DNA of 63,976 bases, filler included, from Thelocarpon superellum (lineage: Eukaryota), in assembly GCA_026025795.1 (NCBI GenBank). It is 3 parts of 3 records of this genome, joined end to end, with 100 filler letters (N's around TTAATTAATTAA, not from the genome) between each part and the next. Parts side by side here need not be neighbours in the genome. Positions count along the whole stretch, not along the records: positions 22,434 to 44,697 come from JAPEUG010000300.1; positions 44,798 to 63,976 come from JAPEUG010000347.1; 1 more part is not named here. The stretch is one strand, 5' to 3'. Below, in pieces: positions 38,769-51,379 of this stretch. Numbering within the stretch: position 1 is the stretch's first letter; each line of letters starts with the position of its first letter. Position numbers and translations under genes: made by a program. The notes below the pieces were generated by a model that was given only the letters and a program-made list of their open reading frames with translations, ran no database searches and was not told where the DNA came from.

Positions 38769-39576
38769 CTGCACACATCCAGTGTCCCCGGACTTTAGGA
38801 TCCTGGGCGACCGAGGGCCTACGGTCAGATCCATGACCAATATAAATGGGGGACTCCCTATGGCTGTGGTGCCGGGGTCCGGACGAGGGGTCGCCGAGGC
38901 AAACCGACCGACAGATGCAAGCGAAAGGGAAGGTGGGAGCGAACGCCGGCATGGCCAGGTTGTGGTCCCGCCCTACCCTACCCGAGCGTCGGATCGCTTG
39001 GTGCACTCGTCTGAGGGACTGGGTGATGGGCCGAGCGTTGTCTCCACATTCTCTAGTCGGTCGACCAGGCTGGCACCATGGTCGGATTCAGCCCGCTCGT
39101 CCGTCCCCGTTACATAAAGAATGGCATCGCGAGAGGAGGAGCTGCTTCGTTTGGAAATGCGCCAGAACCTTCAGCACCGTGACGCCCGCCGATCCTCATG
39201 GAGTCAGAGATCCGTCACGGCCACCACCCTACCTCTGCCCCCGCCTCATTCCCCGTTGAGCGCTAGATGTTCCCAAGCGATCGTGTCAGAACACGATGAC
39301 CGATGCTAGACTCCATCTGACCGCATCATACCCTTCTCTGACCATCGTCTCGTCGCCATGGCCGTTCTCTCGCTCTGTGGCCGTGGCGCCAGCCGGTCGC
39401 TGTCTTTCGCCGCCAGCACATGTGACCACATCCCGGAGGCAAAAGCTTTCCGACGCCACAGATGGCTGTGGACCCCAACGTGAAGATGGGCGGAGGAGTA
39501 TATCAGCGCGGGGTTGCCCGCATGTATGCAGCGGTGAAAGCTCTTGGTGGAGAATGTGGTCCCGTCCCACGCTGCC

Positions 39577-42567
39577 ATGTTGTACACGCTGCTCGCCGCG
39601 GGTCTCCTGGGCCCATGCATCGGCCACGGGGTAACCTTGGCACAGAATATCGTCGATCTGGGCTCGACTGCATGGACGCTTCATGATCCTTCCCACAATG
39701 TCTCCGTGCCAGGTTCCGTCCCCTCGCACACGCACCTAGACTTGTTCGCGGCCAAAGTGATTGACGACCCGTATGCAATACCCCGTGGCCTACTCCATAT
39801 ATCGAGACCGTGCTGACCGGCGGGAGATACTATGGGCTCAATGAGTTTGATCAGCGCTGGGTGGCGAACAGCAATTGGACCTATGTTAGCGCCCCGATCG
39901 CCGGCCTGTAAGTGACTCGGTTGGGAGGTGATGGGACCGGGAGGCTGAGAAAGCTAGGCACAATGGCTCCAGCACATCGACCTGGCTGGTGTTCAACGGT
40001 CTCGACACCTTCACCGACATTCGCTTCTGCGGCCAGCCCGTGGCCGCCACCAACAACCAATTCCGCCAGTATTCCTTTGATGTCTCGGACATCTACCATC
40101 AATGCAATGGAAGTGCCATCTTGAGCGTCAACTTTGGGAGCGCGCCACAGATTGTCAACACGATTGCGGCTGAGCAGGGTCAAGAGAGTGAGTCCACCCT
40201 AAGACGGGCCCGGCTGTGGGGAGTGGCGGGGATTGACGGGACGGTAGCATGGCCCACCGGAGTAGAGATCAGCTACGAGTTTCCCAACCGCCAATTCATG
40301 CGCAAAGAGCAGTCCGACTTTGGCTGGGATTGGGGCCCTGCATTCTCCCCGGCCGGGATCTGGCAACCGGCATACGTCGTGCAGCTGGAGCAGTCCGACA
40401 TATACATCCGCAACTCGCTATTCGACATCTATCGGCAGGGCCAGTTGAACAATCTTCCGCCCGATCAAAGTCAGCCGTGGGTGGTCAATGCCAGCCTCGA
40501 CTACCTTGGGACGCTGCCAAAGGACGCCGGGCTCAATCTCCGTCTCACCGACGCCAATTCGCAGACCATCGCCAGCGGACCGCTGAGCAACATCACCGTG
40601 GGAAATGGTTCCATCACCGGAAGCACGGTGGTTGACCCTCTATCCTACGAGCTATGGTGGCCACGGGGGCTCGGCCCGCAGAATCTCTACAACATGACGG
40701 TGGAAGTGGTGGGGAGCGGAAGTACTCCCGTGGCGTCCGTGGAAAAGCGTGTGGGTTTCCGAACCATCGTCTTGAATATGGGGCCGGTCTCGCAGGACGA
40801 GATCGACCAAGGCGTAGCCCCGGGCAACCACTGGCACTTCGAGGTGAACGGTCACGAATTCTACGCCAAGGGCTCCAACTTCATCCCGCCCGATGCCTTT
40901 TGGCCGCGTGTGACCCAAGCCAAGATCCAGCAGTTGTTCAGCTCCGTCGTCGAGGGGAACCAGAACATGCTCCGAGTCTGGGCCTCGGGCGCCTATCTGC
41001 CCGACTTCGTCTACGATGTCGCCGATCAGGAGGGAATCCTCATGTGGAGCGAATTTGAATTCAGCGACTCCCTCTACCCCATCGATCGAGAGTTCCTCGA
41101 CAATGTCCGGGAAGAGGCGACCTACAATGTCCGCCGCTTGAACCACCATGCCTCTCTGGCGCTCTGGGCGGGCGGAAACGAGCTGGAGAGCTTGGAGCTC
41201 CAGTTGGTGGAAGATGCAGACCCCGCCGCTTTGCCGCGATACAAATCCGAATACGAGGCCCTGTTCCTCGACGTCTTACTCCCCGTGGTCTATTCCAATG
41301 GGCGAAGCATCAGCTACACTCCGAGCAGTACCGATAATGGATGGCTCACCTTGGACTTCTCCAAACCCATCCCGATGACGGAGCGATACAACAATAAGAC
41401 CGACGGTTCGATCTACGGCGATACTGGTGAGTGAAGGGTCGGAAGAGAAGCAAGTTGGCGCTCACGTACACAGATTACTACAACTACGACTCGTCTATCG
41501 CATTCCAATATGACTTATACCCCGTCGGGCGGTTCGCCAACGAGTTTGGCTTTCATTCGATGCCATCGTCTCAGACATGGCAGCAGGTCGTGCCGGAGGA
41601 TGACCTATACTTTAACTCGTCGACCATCCAGCTCCGAAATCGGCATTACCCCCCGGGCTTGAGCACCGACAACTTTCCTGCCTCCGCCCGTGGCATGGGT
41701 GAGATGACCGTTGCAGCACAACGTTGGTATCCGACACCCGATAAGAGCGAATCCCTCGCCAACTTCTCCGCCTGGTGCCACACCACGCAAATCTTCCAAG
41801 CCGACTTTTACAAGTCCGAGATCCAATTCTACCGGCGGGGAAGCGGCATGCCCGAGCGTCAACTGGGATCCTTGTACTGGCAGTTGGAGGATATCTGGCA
41901 GGGGCCCACCTGGGCCGGAATTGAGTACGATGGCCGGTGGAAGGTGCTGCATCACGTTGCCCAAGACATCTATCAGCCCGTCATCATCTCTCCATTCTAC
42001 AACACGAGCACCGGTGACCTGCAGGTATATGTCACCTCCGACCTGTGGGACACTGCGCGGGGCAGTGCGAATTTCACCTGGTACGACTGGTCCGGCGCGC
42101 GGCTGAACACCAGCATGCCGGCCACGGCCGACGTGACAGTGGACGCGCTCAACACGACCAAGATCTTACAAGTCAACACGCAAGATTTGAAGTTAGACTA
42201 CGCCAACGCAATTCTCGTCTTGGAGGTGTCCGTGGAAGGATCCCTACCAAACACACAGACTGCGCGCACCTTCACGCACCAAAATTGGTTCCACGCCGTG
42301 CCGCTCCGCGAAGCGAATCTGGTCGATCCTGAAATCACCCTTCGCCACAACGCCACATCATTCACGGTCGAAGCACAGTCGGGCGTCGCTGTGTGGACGT
42401 GGCTTGATAACCCAGCCGGTGTCGTGGGCCACTTCGACACCAACGCCTTCCTCTTACTTCCAAATCAGCCCCGGACCGTCGGTTTCTCGCTTCAGGGGCC
42501 GACGACCGATCCAGCATGGGCGAGCGAGGTCACGGTGAGGAGTCTTTGGAACAACACGATTCCTTAG
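39577..42567 (+). CDS. mndA: Secreted GH2 beta-mannosidase A
   Basis: Signal peptide; [37 protein letters not shown] and [10 protein letters not shown]; introns 39771-39826, 39908-39957, 40188-40247, 41427-41473. Confidence 0.93.
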
Positions 42568-43149
42568 TCTATTGTGCATTTCATGGCTGCATGTGGGGAC
42601 GGAGTGATGGATCTCATAACTCTACAACATCATGATTGCATGTGGGAGGTTGAGAGTGAGGGTCTTCACGTCATCGAACCCATCACAACTAGCAGAGACT
42701 AGTCTCCATTCTCCCAGCTCTACTGTCAATACTATTGCATGACCAACGCTATTTGTGCTTGAGAGGGGCCCCTACACTACTGAAGATATCCATACTGATA
42801 TAACAGGGAATGCTCCAGACTCTCTACTCTGTCCACGGGAAACCTCCCATTACCTGTGACTAGGTGCTGGAGATGAGTGCAGTCAGTCTGGGCTGCTGGG
42901 GCATGTGCAACCTGGTCCACCGATTTTCATCCGCACTGGTTGATATTTGAATGCGCATGACCAGGTATCGAGATTGCATTCACTCAACGAACAAGACCGG
43001 ATGAGGAAGGAACGACTGGCGCGAGGAGAGAAACGTATAAAACCCATCACGACCATCTCCCATCCGACACACCTCTCTGCGCTCCACCTGTCGAGTCCAT
43101 ACTCCCCTTCCGAGACAAAAGCAGCAGAAGGGCAAGCTCAACAAGCACG

Positions 43150-44208
43150 ATGTCGATGAATCACTCCACACCAAGTGGACTCGGACAGGCGAGCAACAAG
43201 CACGTGAAGAAAAGCACGATCTCGGACGCCTCCACGGAGCGGACGACGTACAGCGATTTTATAGGCCGCGCCCAGCGAGAGGAGAATGACCGCAACGCAG
43301 CCGGACTCGAAGTGCAAGAAAGAGGCTCGTCTGCCTGCAGTGACCTCGACGTCGAGGCCTCCGCCGCTCCTGACGGAGACGGCGTCATTCTCTCCTCTCA
43401 CCAGCACCGCCACCAGCAACGTAGCGGTGGCACAGCCATCCTGATGTACGGAAGCATCATCGGCGCCCAAGCGAGCCTGATCTCGACGGTTGTCGCCATC
43501 GTCTTCGTCGTGCAGTCCACCATGCGCTTCGGGCCCCGCGCAAGCCTCATTATCTGGGCGGTCCTCTCGCTCACGGCGACCCTGGCGAGCTCCACGCTCG
43601 CATACGCTCTCCACGCCCGACGACGGGCACTGCGCCGGCGGGCCCGCGAACGGGTCATGGTGCACCTGACGCGACGAGCGCGAAATGAGCGCAAACGCTC
43701 CATGTCCATGCATCGGGACGCGGCCATCGAGCGCGTGGCGCTTCAGCGGGCCGCGCGGCGAACCGCTCATTCCTTCGAGGAGAGCGAGCACGACGTGCGG
43801 GTGTTGGAGCTGGCGCTGAGTCGCCAAGGCTTGGATATTCCTGCCGCGCTCATGCATGGAGGCGTGGCGAGAAGCGCTCGAGGTGAGGCTGAGGTGATAT
43901 ATCCTCTCTCCGTGCCGCTGCTAACGTTTTGTATCGGCTCAGGGGGACGCGGGCGCGGTGAGGAAAATGGCAGCCTCACCACCACCACGGCGACGCATTG
44001 GGACGACGATCCCTACCCCATGACGGAGGAGGAGAGGCGGGAACGCCTCGAAGCCAGGGAGGCGATGCTGGAGATGAGGAGGTTGAAGAGGGCGACGAGC
44101 CGGGGAGACGGGGGCGAGAAGGCCCTGGGGAACGAGCACGAGAGGGCCTTCCGCACAGAAATGCGCGCGGTGCAGGACCGGCTCGCTGAGAAGCGTGAGA
44201 GCCGTTAG
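43150..44208 (+). CDS. Hypothetical 2-TM membrane protein with a charged C-terminus
   Basis: 352-codon ORF with two hydrophobic helices followed by an Arg-rich stretch; probable in-frame intron 43883-43942 (GTGAG...CTAAC...CAG). Confidence 0.6.
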   Translation: MSMNHSTPSGLGQASNKHVKKSTISDASTERTTYSDFIGRAQREENDRNAAGLEVQERGSSACSDLDVEASAAPDGDGVILSSHQHRHQQRSGGTAILMYGSIIGAQASLISTVVAIVFVVQSTMRFGPRASLIIWAVLSLTATLASSTLAYALHARRRALRRRARERVMVHLTRRARNERKRSMSMHRDAAIERVALQRAARRTAHSFEESEHDVRVLELALSRQGLDIPAALMHGGVARSARGEAEVIYPLSVPLLTFCIGSGGRGRGEENGSLTTTTATHWDDDPYPMTEEERRERLEAREAMLEMRRLKRATSRGDGGEKALGNEHERAFRTEMRAVQDRLAEKRESR

Positions 44209-44444
44209 ACCAGTACCATTATCATCATCAGTATCAGCAGACTGGATTGGATTGGAATGACTCCTCAATGTGCTATGCTACTTTCCTCCTGGCTAGTCAG
44301 TGTACCTGACGTTCTCCTCGTTCGTCTTGTTCCCTCTGTTCATAACGTTCCCGGCGTTCCCCCTATCTCTGTCTCTCCGTTCCTTGTGCTACTGGCGTTC
44401 CCTCTGTCCTTACTCTTCCTTCTCTCCTGAGTGTTCTTGGCCCT

Positions 44445-44570
44445 CCCCCTGCTCCTACTGCTGCCTGGTGTTCTTAGCCTTCCCCCTGCTCCTACTGCTG
44501 CCTGGTCTTCTTCGCCTTCCCCCTGCTCCTACTGCTGCCTGGTCTTCTTCGCCTTCCCCCTGCTCCTACC
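44445..44570 (+). repeat. 37-bp minisatellite, about 3.4 copies
   Basis: Unit CCCCCTGCTCCTACTGCTGCCTGGTCTTCTTCGCCTT starting at 44445, 44482, 44519 and 44556. Confidence 0.9.
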
Positions 44571-44697
44571 GCTGGTGTGGTGAAGGTGGGGGAGGCCGGA
44601 ACACCACGACAGCGGTATGCGTAGGTGAGGATTCCCCTACGTCCTCCCCAGCCGTGATGTCACGGACAGCGACTGACAATCTCGGAGTGGTCCGCAG

Positions 44698-44797
44698 NNN
44701 NNNNNNNNNNNNNNNNNNNNNNNNNNNNNNNNNNNNNNNNNTTAATTAATTAANNNNNNNNNNNNNNNNNNNNNNNNNNNNNNNNNNNNNNNNNNNN
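44698..44797. other. Artificial contig-joining spacer
   Basis: 44N + TTAATTAATTAA + 44N, identical to 22334-22433. Confidence 0.95.
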
Positions 44798-45969
44798 ATA
44801 TCCCGAATGGCTCAAGAACGGAGGCACGTCGGCCACTCGGGTCATGTTATGCCCTAGAAGGACGAGCGCGGCCAAGACGTCGCTTAGTGAGGCAGTGCGT
44901 CGGCGGCGTGGTTGGCTGAGCGCCACCCCAACCTGAGGGGCTAGCCGCTCGTCATCCCCCTGCAAGGCACCGTAAATCGTTGGTGGACGAGGGCCGATTA
45001 AGCGTGAAACGCAGCCTGATTCCAGCACAACATCCTTCATGTCCAGGGCGGCCTTGCCATTGGTGCGACTTGCATCGCGACATCCCTCGCGTCAGAGGAG
45101 GAAGCCAGCCGTGTCGTCCGTGTGACGAGCGCGGACCTGGTCCCTGCGTGGGACTGGTTGGTGCGCGGTGGACAAGTGAGGAGCCTAGGTGGCCAGTGGC
45201 TCTGCACATCGGCCAATCCCAATGATGGGACAGACTTCGGTCCCGATGCGTCACCGCCGAGGGGGCGAGATAGGCGTTGAGCCCGGCCGAGGGGTGCGGA
45301 TGCAGGCGACGCGGGTGCGGCGGTGCGGTATGAGCATGGATCTGGGCGGGCAGGCTCTATACCTCCTGACCAGCTGACTGGCCGTTTCTTTGATCTAGGA
45401 GGCATCCCATAGAGTTGTTCAAGACTTCGTTCTCCATCATTCATTCTTCGCTCTCCTCTCTCTTCTCTCTTCGAACAAAGGCTGCGGTCGGACTGGCGCC
45501 GCTGCAACATCCATTTGAGTGCGTGCTGGACCTGCCATCCTTTCGACGAGCGTTCTGCTTCTCCACTTGCCCGCCGACGCCGCCCTGGTGAAGATCTCCT
45601 GTCGCGACTTCTCTCCGCGTGTCTCGGCCGGGGCTTGATCGGGAGGCTCCGTTTCAACCCCAACAACCCCCCCCAGTCCGATCTTATTATCTGTCGCCAC
45701 GCTTCTTCCCACGCCTACCACGACTTTGGCGGAGAGCAGGGCGGCGACTGCGTTTTCACCCTAGACCCGCGTTGAGGTGCTCTGCTCGCAGGTCGAGTGC
45801 CACGCACGCCTGACGGCCGAAACTCTCGTTCCCGTGGGCTGGCATCGATCACAGCTGCTCTTTATCAGGGCCGTGGCCCTCACCTCCACTCCTTGCGGCG
45901 CCCTTCACCGTCCAGGACTCGTCCGTCTGACCCGACCGGACTGGCCCGGATCCGGTCTTCCATCCCACG

Positions 45970-46782
45970 ATGCGCGCCCTACCGCGCACGCCGCATGCGG
46001 TCCTCTTCCTCCCCTTCCTCCTCCCGACCTCGCTCGCGCTGTCGCTGTCCAACTTCCAACCGATCAATAGCAGCAACCAAGGGTGTCTCGCGGCCTACAA
46101 CGCCGACATCCCAGCCTGCTCCACGTCCGACTTTACCAACGGAGCGCCGTGCTCGTCGGCCTGCGTAGCATCGCTCGGCTCGGTACAAAAGACGGTGTCG
46201 CAGGCATGCCAAGGCGTGCAAGGTCCCACCAACAGTCTGCTGGGGGACCTGCTGAATGGCGCCATGATCGTGGCGCTCTGCCCGAATGTGCAGACGACGG
46301 TGACGCTGGTGGGCACCCATACCGTCTCCGACAGCGCCCCGTCAACGGCGACGCCGGCCCCCGCCGCCCCAACGACGACGTTTGCGACGTCGCCATCCCC
46401 CACCTCGAGCGCAAACCCTGCCTTGAGTCCCATCACCGTCCCAACCTCGTCGACGTCGGGGTCGTCCCCGTCCAGCTCGTCCTTGGGCCCGAACCAATCG
46501 CCCATCGTCTCGTCTCTCCTCCCGACGGACGTTGGCGGTAGCAGTCCGAGCTCGACCACGGGCACCGACTTTGGCACGACGTCGTTCAGCTTCGCCACGA
46601 GCTTCCAGAGCACCGACGTGTCGACCCTCCCGACCGCAGCACCCACGGCTCAGCAGCCAGGTGGTGGCGGCAGTCCCTTCGGCACCCAGACCACCAGTGG
46701 GGCGAATCAGCCATCGCCGTGGGGCTTGCTGACGCAAGCGACCAGCTTGGGGCTCTTGATCCTTGCAATCGGTTGTCTATGA
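45970..46782 (+). CDS. Secreted, probably GPI-anchored Ser/Thr-rich protein with an N-terminal 6-Cys domain
   Basis: Signal peptide, six Cys in the first ~105 aa, an S/T/P-rich stalk and a hydrophobic C-terminus (LGLLILAIGCL). Confidence 0.8.
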   Translation: MRALPRTPHAVLFLPFLLPTSLALSLSNFQPINSSNQGCLAAYNADIPACSTSDFTNGAPCSSACVASLGSVQKTVSQACQGVQGPTNSLLGDLLNGAMIVALCPNVQTTVTLVGTHTVSDSAPSTATPAPAAPTTTFATSPSPTSSANPALSPITVPTSSTSGSSPSSSSLGPNQSPIVSSLLPTDVGGSSPSSTTGTDFGTTSFSFATSFQSTDVSTLPTAAPTAQQPGGGGSPFGTQTTSGANQPSPWGLLTQATSLGLLILAIGCL

Positions 46783-49077
46783 TGGGTGGAGATTTGAGGC
46801 GACTTTCCATTCTTCTACATGCCCTTCTTCTCCTTCACTTCTTCTGATCCTCTTCATCGCCTACACCTTCTTCATTATCATTTTCCCGGCCGGGCGAGGA
46901 GGAGAAGTGGTGTACATATGGAGTCTTCCGGCCTAGGGTAGAGTCAGCAGAAGCATGCCGGACTGATGAAACCCCATCAACCCTCCACTTACTCTCCTCC
47001 ACGCAACTACGCCGCAGATAGCTGTGAAATAGCTAATGCCATGGACGATGAATCATTTATTGGAGCTTTCGCTTCGTCGGTACATCGCCACGTGGAAACC
47101 ACGAACGTGGAAATCACGGATGATCTGACCTTTTCGAGGACGCATTCCACGTCCGAGACTCCTTCGAACCAGCCTCGGCAAATATGCGCGCAGATAGACG
47201 GAGAAGAGCGGTAAAAGGGAGGAACGCGGCTCAGCTCACGACGATGATTGCACTGCGCGTCGTGCGTCATTGACGGCACTTTATCGCTCGCGGGTCTGGT
47301 GGAGAGCGAGATGATGGCGTGGGGCTGGGCGTGGGGTCGCCGCGGATCAAAGTAGACCTTGTGCGGTCTCATCCAGGTCATCCTCACTGCCCAGCCGGCG
47401 CGATGGAATACAATGCGACCTGTCAGCCCAACGACTGCAACTGCCGGCGCCATGAAGGACGAGTATGATGAGGATTGTCCTCGATGGCGCCGGCTGGGCA
47501 GCGAGGATTGCCATCCTGGGAGAAGTTGCGAGACGGACCAAGGCAGGATGGCGCAACACTACTGCGCGGCGTAACCAGCTCGAAGCGCTTGGGCGGGTGC
47601 TCGCGTGGTGGGCCTGGACGACGCACCGTCCATCAGTACTGGCAGTTGTGTAGCGTTCTCGTGGTTTACTTGGAGCAGATGGAACAGGTCCTGGCCCAGC
47701 CCTAGCGGTCGCGACCGGTGCTTTGCAGGAACGTGATCAATTGAAGGATCGTGGTAGGATGCTGTGAGAGAAGCGAGCACGTTTGTGCCATGTCCTTGCC
47801 AAATTCGAAGAGGATTCTCTCGGGCGGTAATCAGCTCTCCTTGCATTCCAATCACTAGATCGGTCGAGTTTACGATCGCACGTGTGGGGGGCCCGCAAGG
47901 CTAGACCACACGCAGCAGTCTCTTTGTCTCTCACATGGTCGTCGACCGGGCAAGTTCTCCGAGTCGGACCGCCTGATCATCTGGGGGATGTGAGATCGCG
48001 AGACGGGGTCCATGACGTGGCCCGAACGATCGGGATGCTGGCACGGGTGTGACGTCCTTGTTCTCGTGAAGACTTCACCTTTGGTCCACGCTGGTCCACC
48101 TGTGGTCCACCTTTGGCGATGACAGGACGACGCGCGCTCAATCCTCGTACTCGTGTTGTTGTTCGGGGAGTGGACCCCCCTCATTACGTACTCGGTTGGC
48201 GGCGCTTGTCGACTGTTCCGGCAGAGAGTAAAGCGTAGGAGGCTTGCCCTTGTCCGCGTAGTCAGCAACCACCCGTTCGCGGACGGATGTGGCCGTCGTG
48301 CAGCGACTCATCACATGTCCCCTGCGGCCGCCCACTCCCGGCAGCCGGTAATGTCGGTAGGAGCATGAGGTGCTCAGACGAGCTGGTACTTGCACAAGTG
48401 CCCGCCGCGCAGGCTCGGGCGTGAACCGGTGCAGGGGGTGGGGTTGGCGTGGGTGGGAAGAGGGTTTGATGGGGCGTGATTTATCCGCCCATGCATGACA
48501 TCTTCCATTTCCTTTCCCGCATCCGTCATAGCCGCGTTTAGTCCGCCGTAGTCGGCAGCCCTACGAGCGGGGCCAGGAACACGACCAGGCTTCTTGGGAC
48601 GACGACGACGCACCTAGTCAGGACCTGGTAGGTACGAGGCGATTACAGCCGAAACAATACCCGCAAAACCTTCCCACGCCTCATCGTCTCTGGGCAGAGC
48701 GGCGGCGGAGGAGATGGCGGCCATCTGATGGACCCACGACCCACGAGCCCACGAGCGTGGACGGATTACTATTCGTCACGCCACGCGATCTAAGTGACGG
48801 AGTTTTTTGCTCGGTCATGGTCATGGTCATCGCTCTGTCCCAGGGCGGGAGAGGCTCTATCCGAAGGGATTCTCGATCCACGATCGGGGCAGCGCGCAGG
48901 AGCCGGGGGTTTTTCCTACGCGAATGTAATAGCCCCCGCCCGGCTCTGCGCGACTAATTCTATAAGACGTAGAGGCTCCTCCCACCATTACCAAGTGCTG
49001 CGTGGTCATCCCGTCTTTGTTCCCTCACGAGCTCGGTGACCGTGCCTCGACCATCTTTCCGCCATCCGTCTGTCAGA

Positions 49078-49665
49078 ATGAAGTCTCCGGTCTTGCTGTC
49101 GGCACTCCTCTGTGCCCTGGGTGCCCATGCCTCGGTCATTGGACGCAGAGAGTCGGTGGCACCGGTGGCGCGCGATATCGCCGCCGCTGTCGCCGAACCC
49201 TATGAGGCCTCTCACCGGGCGTGGCGCCGCGAGCCCCAGCCGGACGCCCAGCCGGCCGACATCTCGCCGCCGCAACGGGTGGAGCTTGGGAAAGATGAGC
49301 TCTTGGGCTCGTACCACGTCATCAGCGAAGACAGCTTGGAGAATGCCGGCGTGAACTTCGTCACTCGTCGTGACAAGACGGTCCCCATTGGCGAAGCATA
49401 CCCTGCGCGACCTCCGCTCATCCGGCCGGACCCGGGAACACCGGCGTTCAAGCAAGCCAAGTGGTCGGGCTACAACGACCGGCGTGAAATCGAGGTGCTA
49501 GGGGGCACCAAGCTCGGAGTGATTGGATTCGGCCAGACCAACAGCGATAGCTGGCGTGTCAAGGAACGGAGCGAGTCGACGGAGGAGCCAGTCGAGGATG
49601 AGGAGTTGGTTCAGCGTCAAGAAGACATCCTGCCCCCTACGGACCATCCCATCGATACGCTCTGA
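49078..49665 (+). CDS. Small secreted Cys-free protein with several dibasic (Kex2-type) sites
   Basis: Signal peptide MKSPVLLSALLCALGAHA; four RR sites; TATAAG at 48961. Confidence 0.7.
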   Translation: MKSPVLLSALLCALGAHASVIGRRESVAPVARDIAAAVAEPYEASHRAWRREPQPDAQPADISPPQRVELGKDELLGSYHVISEDSLENAGVNFVTRRDKTVPIGEAYPARPPLIRPDPGTPAFKQAKWSGYNDRREIEVLGGTKLGVIGFGQTNSDSWRVKERSESTEEPVEDEELVQRQEDILPPTDHPIDTL

Positions 49666-50593
49666 TCGTCCGGAGGAAGACCGGTATGTGGCACACGCTT
49701 GTTTCTGATGTTCCACTGTTGCTGACCCGACCTTTTCCGTCAGATTCAATCCGTCTGCTCCGTACATTCCTCCGTATTCCATTTCTCCGCGACGCCAACT
49801 TCCTCACCTTTTCCGACGACCCAATCAGAACAAGACGAGGAGCTTTCGCTTTCGCTTTCGTTTCGCTTTCGCTACGACGTTCGCTTTCGACTCCATCTCC
49901 GACACATCTTCGTTCTCGGCAGGAGTCGCACACACAGACAATCCCCATGGCCCTCTCTTCGTTCCCATATTCCGGCCTTAACATGACGAGAGAAGGCGAC
50001 GCCAATAACAACGATGACTCCGACGAAAGATTACGACCGCCAACACTGATTCGCATGAACGCCACACTGCATCTGCTGTCCACCATGCACCATGGTTCCA
50101 CGCTCCTTACTCGACCAGGGGACATACTCCGTTCACTTTACTATCCTAACTACCAATCTACCTACCCACCTATCTACGGACGGAGATGACAAGAGAGAGC
50201 GAGGGACGAGAAGCGAGATACCTGAGCGACGAGGATTGAGAATGGAGAAAGAGAGGTGGCTATCTTCAAGTATATATGTATCTACAACCAGTCAGTCGAG
50301 GGGTGTGAGAAGAGACCGAGGAGGGAGGAGGAAGGAGGAGGGGGGAAGGAGGAGGGAGGAAGGAGAGAGGCGGGAGGAAGGAGAGGCGAGAAAGAAGGAA
50401 ATAGGAACGACAGAAACGAAGGAATTTGACGGGACGGGACGGGACGGGATGGCGGCAACTTTTGATTGTCCTTTTTGCTCTTTTTCCTCATGAGATTAAG
50501 GGATTAGGGATCAGGGTGACACGAGAAAGGAAAGGATAGAAAGGAAAGGAAGGGAAAGAATAGGGAGAGGTTTCTTGCATCTTTTAGTCTATA

Positions 50594-50870
50594 TTACATG
50601 TACATGGTTTTACTATCCATTGCAACGGTGGCGATCACCATGCTTAGTAGTGCGACTGGCACGGCGATGGTCAGGTTCTCGTACTGGGTAGCAATGGCAG
50701 GCGCGATGCAACTTAGGATAGCAAGACCGATGACGAGCACAAGTATTAATGGAGCCAATGGAGCCCATGATAATTGCAGCTGACCGTGCTCCGCCACACC
50801 GGGCGGCACCTCGCAGCTGTCCAACTCGCCATATAAATAAGGCCGTCCGTTGATGGGAGCTTGTCTGTAA
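50594..50870 (-). CDS. Possible exon or remnant of a small 2-TM membrane protein
   Basis: Two hydrophobic helices (LILVLVIGLAILSCI; IAVPVALLSMVIATV); no convincing start codon or upstream exon found. Confidence 0.25.
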
Positions 50871-51379
50871 ATTCGCTAGTACCCGCTGGCTTCGACGCGG
50901 AGGGATGGGTCGGCGGGTCGATAACTTCTATGGCACGGCAAGCTATCCGACTTACCAGCGACTCGTCGATATGCCGGATGGTGCGGTCTGGTACACCGTA
51001 CTCCGCGTCGTCTCCCATCAATGAACTTAGCTATAGATGGTTAGCTGTTCCCAAATGAGTAACGTCCCAGGGCCGGCGCCATGGTCGACTCTCATATCCC
51101 TGTCGATTAGGTCCCCTGTCGCTCCGTGGGGGAGGGGCGGCTTTGCACCGTGCCGCACCATACCGTGGGTCACGTAGGATTCCAAGGGACGCATGACATC
51201 AGGGACAGCCCATGTATCACAGATGGCATTCTGAAGTCACACCGTCGTGATGATAGAGAAGATGAGAGAGATTACTTCTTGCGCGGAGCAAGCTGGGAAT
51301 ATAATTTGTCCGGAATCATAATAAATCACACGTTCTCCTTCAAGCTGCGCAATCGAGGGGTTATTCCATATTTTACTGC

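Noticed and set aside
44445..44570. 37-bp repeats as a CRISPR array
   Set aside because: The units are directly adjacent with no unique spacers, the context is eukaryotic and there are no cas genes.
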